This document shows, piece after piece, positions 54,596-64,000 of a DNA stretch of 64,000 nt; position 1 is the first letter of the stretch; each line of letters begins with the position of its first letter. This DNA is from Anaeramoeba ignava BMAN. Lineage: Eukaryota; Protista; Anaeramoebae. Made by a program: the position numbers and the translations under genes. The DNA lies in contig JAPDFW010000125.1 in NCBI GenBank assembly GCA_028826165.1, forward strand, positions 496,001 to 560,000, read 5' to 3'. The notes under the pieces were generated by a model. The model saw only the letters and a list, made by a program, of their open reading frames with translations, had not been told where the DNA came from and ran no database searches.

Positions 54596-55126
54596 TTAAT
54601 CCTCAGATTTAGCTTTCAAAGCAAAGAAAGCACCAGGTAAAGAAATGATAAAAGCAATAATTGAGAAAGCAGCAGAACCAGAATAAGACCAATGATAACC
54701 AGTAAAAGCATCTTTATTATCTTGATAAGCATCATAAGTATCACTATTTTGGAATTTGCCAATAAAAGCCATGATTCCAATAAAAGTAAAAATACCAGCA
54801 GTAACAAATACTAAATGAGTAGTGTTTGCTTTCTTTGTGTGCAAGAAAAGAGTAGCAACAAACATGATAAGTCCAATCAAGGTCATTGCAATATTGGCAC
54901 ATAATCCATTGTAAACATCTTTATCATCATCTTTCCAATCGTTAAAATCGTTTCCTTCATAATTATCTGGACAACTTCCTCCAATGCAAACTGTTTGAAA
55001 GTTTCCAAATGATATCTTCATTGCATACCCTTCTTGCCATTGTACTACTAAACATGGCATCACTAATGAAAGGAAAGTCATCAATAAGCATCCAGTCATT
55101 GCAAGAAATGCGAGAAATCGAAACAT
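54596..55126 (-). CDS. Claudin/PMP22-like four-TM protein, array copy 3 (176 aa, most divergent)
   Basis: Same topology and cysteine pattern; intact ORF. Confidence 0.8.
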   Translation of the reverse strand: MFRFLAFLAMTGCLLMTFLSLVMPCLVVQWQEGYAMKISFGNFQTVCIGGSCPDNYEGNDFNDWKDDDKDVYNGLCANIAMTLIGLIMFVATLFLHTKKANTTHLVFVTAGIFTFIGIMAFIGKFQNSDTYDAYQDNKDAFTGYHWSYSGSAAFSIIAFIISLPGAFFALKAKSED

Positions 55127-55364
55127 TTTAAATGTAAATAATAATAAAAAAAAAGGAAAAAAATGAAAAAAAAATTAAAAAAATGAAAAAAATTTAAAAA
55201 TTGATGATAAATTTTAATAGGAATTAATTTTGGAAAGTAATCAAAAATAGGAATTCAATCAATTTTTAAAAAATTAAAAAAAAAAGCAAAAATTTATTTA
55301 ATCTTCTTTCACTTTCTAAACAAAAAAAAAAGTCAAGTAAAAAAATCAAAAATAAATTGATTAT

Positions 55365-56890
55365 TTATCAATATCAATATCAATATCAATATAAATATCA
55401 ATATCAATATCAATATCAATATCAATATCAATATCAATATCAATATCAATATCAATATCAATATCAATATCAATATCAATATCAATATCAATATCAATAT
55501 AAATATAAATATCAATATCAATATCAATATAAATATCAATATAAATATCAATATAAATCAATATCAATATCAATATAAATATAAATATAAATATCAATAT
55601 CAATATAAATATCAATATAAATATCAATATAAATCAATATCAATATCAATATCAATATAAAATATCAATATAAATATATAAATATCAATATCAATATCAA
55701 TATAAACAAATATTAACAACATAAATATAATATCAATATAAATATAAATATCAAATATAAATATAAAATAAATATAAATATCAATATCAATATAAATATA
55801 AATATAAATATCAATATCAATATCAATATCAATATCAATATAAATATAAATATAAATATAAATATAAATATAAATATAAATATAAATATCAATATCAATA
55901 TCAATATAAATATCAATATCAATATCAATATAAAATATCAATATAAATATCAATATAAATATAAATATAAATATAAATATAAATATAAATATCAATATAA
56001 ATATAAATATAAATATAAATATAAATATAAAAAAAATATAAATATAAAATATAAAATATAAAATATCAATATCAATATCAATATCAATATCAATATCAAT
56101 ATAAATATCAATATCAATACAAATATCAATATCAATATAAAATATAAATATAAATATAAATATAAAATATAAATATCAATATAAATATAAATATCAATAT
56201 AAATATCAATATAAATATAAAATATAAATATAAATATAAATATAAATATAAATATAAATATAAATATAAATATAAATATAAATATAAATATCAATATAAA
56301 TATCAATATCAATATCAATATCATCAATATCAATATCAATATCAATATCAATATCAATATCAATATCAATATCAATATCAATATCAATATCAATATCAAT
56401 ATCAATATCAAATATAAAATATAAATATAAATATAAATATAAATATAAATATAAATATAAATATAAATATAAATATAAATATAAAATAAATATAAATATA
56501 AATATAAATATAAAATATAAAATAAATAAATATAAATATAAATATAAATATAAATATCAATATCAATATCAATATAAATAAAATAAAAATATAAATATAA
56601 ATATAAATATAAATATAAATATAAATATAAATATAAATATCAATATAAATATAAATATAAATATAAATATAAATATAAATATAAATATAAATATAAATAT
56701 AAATATAAATATAAATATAAATATAAATATAAATATAAATATAAATATAAATATAAATATAAATATAAATATAAATATAAATATAAATAGAATGGAAAAG
56801 AAATAGAAATAGAAATAGAAATAGAAATAGAAATAGAAATAGAAATAGAAATAGAAATAGAAATAGAAATAGAAATATAAATAGAAATAT
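55365..56890. repeat. (AATATC/AATATA/AATAGA)n hexamer satellite
   Basis: Directly visible. Confidence 0.9.
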
Positions 56891-57008
56891 AAATGTGGAA
56901 AAACCTTTTATTGAAAAAGGTTGGAAAAATTGATAAAAAAAAAGAATGAAAAAAGAATGAAAAAGATGCAAAAAGATGAAAAAAAAGAAAGCAAAAAAAA
57001 AATAACGC

Positions 57009-57545
57009 TTAATCATCTTTAGCTTTCAAAGCAAAGAAAGCACCAGGTAAAGCAACGATGAAAACAATAATTGAGAAAGCAGTAGAAGCTGAATAAGACC
57101 AATGGAAATCAGAGTCTAGGTCATGTAGTGTTTTCAATCCATCATGAGTATCACTGTTTTGGAATTTACCAACAAAAGCCATAATTCCAATGAAAACGAA
57201 TATTCCACCAGTAACAAAAACTAAATGAGTAATCCCTGATTTCTTGAATAATAAGAAAAGAGTAGCAACAAGAAGTATAAATCCAATCAAGGTCATTGCA
57301 ATATTAGCACACAATCCATTGTAAACATCATCATCAGCATCTTTCCAATCACTTAATTTCCTAGATTCATAAAACATGGGATTCGAACAAAGATCTCCAG
57401 TGCAAGTTGATTGAAAGTTTCCAAATGAGCTTCGGAAAGAAGGTGTTCCGCTATACCAGACTCCAACTAAATAAGGCATAGCCCATGAAAGAAAACTTAA
57501 CACTCCACAGGCAAGTATTGAAATTAATGCAAGAAATCGAAACAT
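57009..57545 (-). CDS. Claudin/PMP22-like four-TM protein, array copy 4 (178 aa)
   Basis: Paralogue; intact ORF. Confidence 0.8.
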   Translation of the reverse strand: MFRFLALISILACGVLSFLSWAMPYLVGVWYSGTPSFRSSFGNFQSTCTGDLCSNPMFYESRKLSDWKDADDDVYNGLCANIAMTLIGFILLVATLFLLFKKSGITHLVFVTGGIFVFIGIMAFVGKFQNSDTHDGLKTLHDLDSDFHWSYSASTAFSIIVFIVALPGAFFALKAKDD

Positions 57546-58723
57546 TTTCCTAATAAATCAAAATAAAAAAATGATCAAAAAATACAAATGGAATTTGTTT
57601 ATAAACTTATTTAGAAGGCAAAAAATTTTTTTTGTAGTTGTCTTCTTAAATAATTTAATTTAATTTATTTTAATTTATTTTAATTGTTTAGAAAGTAATC
57701 CGTTATTCTTTATTATTAGTTTAATTTAGTTTAATTTAATTTAATTTAATTTATTTAATTTTATTTTAGTTTATTCCTTTTTTTTTTAATTTTTTTTTGA
57801 TCGTGTCCGTTTTTTTTATTTAATTTATTTTAATTAATTTATTTGATGCATGAATGTAATTTTATTTAATTTAATAATTTAATTAATTAATTACTGCGGT
57901 TAGGGGTGTTTTTGAGAATTATTTTTGAATTTGAAACAATTTTTTTTTTTTGATCCTTTTTTTTAAACAAAGATAAATAATAAGTAAAACAATATTTTCT
58001 GATAAAGGAAATTCCAAATAATTTGAAAATATCTAATTAAAACTAAGTATTTAATTAGAATTATTGGAAATTCTTTTTTTTTTGAGGAATGAATGAATAA
58101 AAGGAAAATAACTGAATAATTAATAAATAACCAACTTAATCTAAAAGAAAAATATTTGCAACAAATTATTATCATAAGAACAAATAATAATAAAAAAGCC
58201 ACAATTAAAATTCCTTTTTTTAATTCCTTTTTTTTTAATTCCATTTTTTCATTTTTTTTTTGATAATTTATTCTAATTAATTCTCTAATGATTATTATTA
58301 AATTTCCTTTTTTTTTTTGAAACCACAATTAATAATTATTAAAAAGGAAAATTAAGTTTTTTTTTTAATTGATCTCAATTAGTATTTGGTGATTTATTAC
58401 TTTCTTTTAACAATTTCAAAACAATTTTTAAAGAGAAAAAGAATTTAAAAAGAAAAACAAATTTACAACTAAAAAAAAAGAGGAAAAAAAAATTTTTTTT
58501 TGATTTCCGTTTTTTTTAAAAGAGGAAAAATTAAATATTTCCCCTTTTTTATTTATTAATAGGAACTTATTTAAATTATTCATCTTTTATTATTTATTTA
58601 ATTTGAAAAGGAAAGGGAATCGATATTTCTTTACAAAAGGAAAAGGATAAAATTAAGATTTAATCTTCTTTGACTTTCTAAACAAGAAAAAGTATTAGGT
58701 AAAGGAATATTCATTCATTTATT

Positions 58724-59237
<514 letters not shown>

Positions 59238-59872
59238 AAAGAAAAAGCAAAAAGTTTAAGTAATTAATACATAATTTATTTAATAATAAAAAGAGGGAAG
59301 CAATTCACATTATAAATCCAATTAAGATTAAGGAAATATTAGCAATTAATCTACTTAAAGTATAGTTCTTTTTATAAATTATTTAATTTTAAAAAATAAC
59401 TAAAGAATCTTTGGAGAGGATTTAGTAATAAGTTATTGGATATTATCTAAGAAAGCAAGAAGAAAAAAAGAATTCAAATATAATTAGTTAAAAGTAATTC
59501 CAGAAACAAACAAAACAACTAAATTAAGTGAAAAAATAAATCTAAATATAAATATCAATATCAATATAAATATAAATATAAATATAAATATAAATATAAA
59601 TATAAATATAAAAATAAATATAAATATAAATATAAATATAAATATAAATAGAAATAGAAATAGAAATAGAAATAGAAATATAAATATAAATATAAATATC
59701 AATATAAATATAAATATAAATATCAATAGAAATATAAATATAAATATAAATAGAAATAGAAATATAAATATAAATAGAAATAGAAATGTGGAAAAACTTT
59801 TTATTGAAAAAGGTTGAAAAATTGATAAAAAAAAAGAAAGAAAAAGAAAGCAAAAAAACAAAATTCTTCAAC

Positions 59873-60412
59873 TTAATCTTCAGATTTAGCTTTCAAAGCA
59901 AAGAAAGCACCAGGTAAAGAAACGATGAAAACAATAATTGAGAAAGCAGTAGAAGCTGAATAAGACCAATGATAGTCAGAGTTTGTTTCGTGTGAATGTT
60001 CCCAATAATCATGAGTTTTACTGTTTTGGAATTTACCAACAAAAACCATAATTCCAATGAAAACGAATATTCCACCAGTAACAAAAACTAAATGAGTAAT
60101 CCCTGATTTCTTGAATAATAAGAAAAGAGAAGCAACAAAAATGATAAATCCAATCAAGGTCATTGCAATATTAGCACACAATCCATTGTAAACATCTTTA
60201 TCTTGATCTTTCCAATCACTTAATTTCATAGATTGATAAATCCATGGATTGGAACAAGGATCACCAGTGCAAGTTGATTGAAAGTTTCCATATGAAATTC
60301 GATAGGAATTTGATCCACTGTACCAGTGAGAAAATAAATAAGGCATAACCCATGAAAGAAAACTTAACACTCCACAGGCAAGTAATGTAATTAAGGTAAT
60401 CAATCGAAACAT
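59873..60412 (-). CDS. Claudin/PMP22-like four-TM protein, array copy 5 (179 aa)
   Basis: Paralogue; intact ORF. Confidence 0.8.
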   Translation of the reverse strand: MFRLITLITLLACGVLSFLSWVMPYLFSHWYSGSNSYRISYGNFQSTCTGDPCSNPWIYQSMKLSDWKDQDKDVYNGLCANIAMTLIGFIIFVASLFLLFKKSGITHLVFVTGGIFVFIGIMVFVGKFQNSKTHDYWEHSHETNSDYHWSYSASTAFSIIVFIVSLPGAFFALKAKSED

Positions 60413-61987
60413 TTAAAATAAATCAAATAAATCCAAATAAAAAAATGATCAGAAAATACAAATTAAATCCGTTTATAAATTTATTTCGAGGGCAAAAAAA
60501 TTTTTTTTTTGTTTACTTTCTTCTAAATTTCCATTTATTTTTTTTAATTTAATTTGATCAGATTTAATTCAATTTAATTTGAAAGGGTAATTTTACCATC
60601 TTAGATTTTCCAATTATTTCTTTTAAATTTATGATGAATTTAGAAATGTTAAAATTTATCACCTTTTTTTCAAAGAATCCTTTAATTTTGGTTTGAGGGA
60701 CTTCTTAATAATTTTTCTCTTATTTTTGAAGAATTGTTAATGAAAAAAAAGTGTCAAACATTTTTTTTTAAAATAAAAATAATTTGAACAAAAAGAAGAA
60801 ATTGAAATGTGTTTCTTTTTGTAATAATTTTTTAGATAACTAACAAAAACAACATTTTGTAATAATTTGTTTTTAAATTTGTTTTTATTTTATAAAATAA
60901 TTGTGGAAAAAAAAATGACTAAATAATCATTAAATAAGGAAATTGATTTAAAAGAAAAAATTTTTCGAAAAATATTTTGAATAAATTATTCTCAAAAGAA
61001 TAAAAAAGAATAAAAAGCCACAAATACCATTAATTTTTTTTCCCTTCAATTTTTTTTAATCCATTTTTCATTTTTTTAAATAATTTCTTGTAATTAATTC
61101 TTTAATATTTATTAATATTTTCCCTTTTTTTTTATAGAAAATTAAATTTAATTTTTTCAAATGAAAAAATTTGTTTTGATTTTTTAATTGATCTCAATTA
61201 ATATTTGCTTATTCATCACTTTCTTTTAACAATTTTTAAAGAGAAAAAGATTTAGAAAGATTTTTTAAAAAGAAATTTAAACAAAACATTTCGAATTTAT
61301 ATAATAGAAAAGGTTTGATATTTATTTAATTTATAAAACAAAAACAAAAACAAAAACAAAAACAAAAACAACAACAAAAACAAAAATAATTAATCAATTA
61401 ATCAAATTTATTTATCTTTTATTTATAATTTATAAAACAACAACAACAAAAAAAGCAAAAACAAAAAAAAGAGGAAGAAAAAAAATTATTTTCTTTCTTT
61501 CTTCCAATTTTTTTTATTTAATTAATAATTTAATCAAATTTATTTATCTTTAATTTATTTATCTTTTATTTATTTATTTATAAACAAAAAGAAAAAAAAA
61601 AGAAAAAAAATAAATTTAAAAACAAAAAAAAGGAAGTAATAACAAACATTATAAATCCAATTAAAGTTAATTAAATATTAATAGTTAATCCAATTCAAAT
61701 ACCTTTTTTTTTTCTTTTTAAAAAAAACAAATATGATCAAAAAAAAAATAAATAAATTTAGAAAGTAAATAAGAATATAAATAGAAATAGAAATAGAAAT
61801 AGAAATAGAAATAGAAATAGAAATAGAAATAGGAATAGAAATAGAAATAGGAATAGAAATATAAATGTGGAAAAACCTTTTATTGAAAAAGGTTGAAAAA
61901 TTGATAAAAAAAAAGAAAAGAAATTGATAAAAAAGAAAAAGAATGAAAAAAGAAAAAAAGAAAAAAAAAGCAAAAAAAAAATAACGC

Positions 61988-62518
61988 TTAATCATCTTTA
62001 GCTTTCATTGCAAAGAAAGCACCAGGTAAAGCAACGATGAAAGCAATAATTGAGAAAGCAGTAGAAGCTGAATAAGACCAATGGAAATCAGAGTTTGCAT
62101 CATGCATATCCTTCAACATTGTATGGTAATCACTGTTTTGGAATTTACCAACAAAAGCCATAATTCCAATGAAGACGAATATTCCACCAGTAACAAAAAC
62201 TAAATGAGTAATCCCTGATTTCTTGAATAATAAGAAAAGAGCAGCAACAAGAATTATAAGTGCAATCAAGGTCATTGCAATATTAGCACACAATCCATTG
62301 TAAACATCTTTATCTTGATCTTTCCAATCATCTAAAGTATACTTCCAGTCATCATTGCTTGGGCAATCTGAACCACTGCAAACCATTTGAAAGTTTCCAA
62401 ATGAATATTTGGCTGAGACTCCACTTGTGTAGGATCCAACTAAATAAGGCATAACCCATGAAAGGAAACTTAACACTCCACAGGCAAGTAATGAAAGTAA
62501 TGCAAGAAATCGAAACAT
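61988..62518 (-). CDS. Claudin/PMP22-like four-TM protein, array copy 6 (176 aa)
   Basis: Paralogue; intact ORF. Confidence 0.8.
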   Translation of the reverse strand: MFRFLALLSLLACGVLSFLSWVMPYLVGSYTSGVSAKYSFGNFQMVCSGSDCPSNDDWKYTLDDWKDQDKDVYNGLCANIAMTLIALIILVAALFLLFKKSGITHLVFVTGGIFVFIGIMAFVGKFQNSDYHTMLKDMHDANSDFHWSYSASTAFSIIAFIVALPGAFFAMKAKDD

Positions 62519-63992
62519 TTTCCTAATAAATCAAAATAAAAAAATAAAAAAATGAAGATCAAAAAACAAAAATTTAATTTGTTTTTAAACTTATTTAGAA
62601 GGCAAAAAATTTTTTTTGTAATTGTTTTTTTAATTAATTTAATTTAAAATTTGTTTATTTTATTTAATTAATTTGTTTTATTAGTGGAGTTTTCGAGAAT
62701 TAATTTTTTTTATAATTTCGAAAAGAATTTTTTTTTTGATCAATTTTTTTTGAATAAAGACAACCTTTTCTAATAATTTGGAATTTGGAATTAGGAATTT
62801 GGAATTAGAAATTATTTTTAAATATGTATTTTTTAATTTATTTGTTATTATTTAAAAATTGCTTTTAAATATTTTTTCATCCTATCAAAAATTTCTTTTT
62901 TAAGAAATTAATTAATCTTTTTAAAATAATCTCTTTTGATCTTTTTAAATTTGTTTTTATTTTATGAAATAATTGTGGAAAAAAAAATGACTAAATAATC
63001 ATTAAATAAGGAAATTGATTTAAAAGAAAAAATTTTTCGAAAAATATTTTGAATAAATTATTCTCAAAAGAATAAAAAAGAATAAAAAGCCACAAATACC
63101 ATTAATTTTTTTTTTCCCTCAATTTTTTTTAATCCATTTTTCATTTTTTTAAATAATTTCTTGTAATTAATTCTTTAATATTTATTAATATTTTCCCTTT
63201 TTTTTTATAGGAAATTAAATTTAATTTTTTCAAATGGAAAAATTTGTTTTGATTTATTAATTGATCTCAATTAATATTTGCTTATTCATCACTTTCTTTT
63301 AATAATTTTTAAAGAGAAAAAGATTTAGAAAGATTTTTTAAAAAGAAATTTAAACAAAACATTTCGAATTTATATAATAGAAAAGGTTTGATATTTATTT
63401 AATTTATTAAACAAAAACAACAACAAAAACAACAACAAAAAAAACAAAAATAATTAATCAAATTTATTTATCTTTTATTTATAATTTATAAACAAAAACA
63501 ACAAAAAAAGCAAAAACAAAAAAAAGAGGAAGAAAAAAAATTATTTTCTTTCTTTCTTCCAATTTTTTTTAATTAATTAATAATTTAATCAAATTTATTT
63601 ATCTTTAATTTATTTATCTTTTATTTATTTATTTATAAACAAAAAGAAAAAAAAAAAAAAAAATAAATTTAAAAACAAAAAAAAAGGAAGTAATAACAAA
63701 CATTATAAATCCAATTAAAGTTAATTAAATATTAATAGTTAATCCAATTCAAATACCTTTTTTTTTTCTTTTTAAAAAAAACAAATATGATCAAAAAAAA
63801 AATAAATAAATTTAGAAAGTAAATATAAATAGAAATATAAATAGAAATAGAAATAGAAATAGAAATAGAAATGTGGAAAAACCTTTTATTGAAAAAGGTT
63901 GAAAAAATTGATAAAAAAAAAGAAAAGAAATTGATAAAAAAAAAAGAATGAAAAAAGAAAAAAAGAAAAAGAAAGCAAAAAAAAAATAACGC

Positions 63993-64000
63993 TTAATCAT
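63993..64000 (-). CDS. 3' end (..AT GAT TAA) of a probable seventh tetraspan copy extending beyond the window
   Basis: The window ends AATAACGCTTAATCAT, identical to the stop context of copies 4 and 6, after about 1 kb matching the downstream flank of copy 6. Confidence 0.7.

Larger units (their letters stand above)
60865..64000. repeat. Duplicated array spacers: about 60865-61995 is near-identical to about 62945-64000, and about 62665-63400 is near-identical to about 53420-54200
   Basis: Shared strings TTGTGGAAAAAAAAATGACT, AAAAAGCCACAAATACCATT, TTGATCTCAATTAATATT and GAGTTTTCGAGAATT. Confidence 0.85.

Overview
Very AT-rich eukaryotic nuclear DNA with standard genetic code and many GT-AG spliceosomal introns. 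The source is an anaerobic protist; a presequence-bearing PFO, microsatellite-filled introns and poly-NQ/NE tracts are consistent with an Anaeramoeba-like metamonad (inference, not verified). Positions 1-48.3 kb hold ten spliced genes: a GRAM-PH-VASt-TM lipid-transfer protein, pyruvate:ferredoxin oxidoreductase, UDP-glucose pyrophosphorylase, a GPR107/GOST 7TM protein, a possible V-ATPase Ac45-like protein, RalGAP-alpha, TRAPPC12, a giant ankyrin-FN3-filamin-pseudokinase-PARP-like protein, a RasGAP and PP1. From 49.4 kb to the end is a tandem array of at least seven intronless claudin-like four-TM genes with near-invariant membrane cores and hypervariable, mosaic extracellular loops; this is the best candidate for an undescribed system. 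Most other ORF-track entries are microsatellite or antisense shadows. Splice models were derived by hand and need RNA-seq confirmation.
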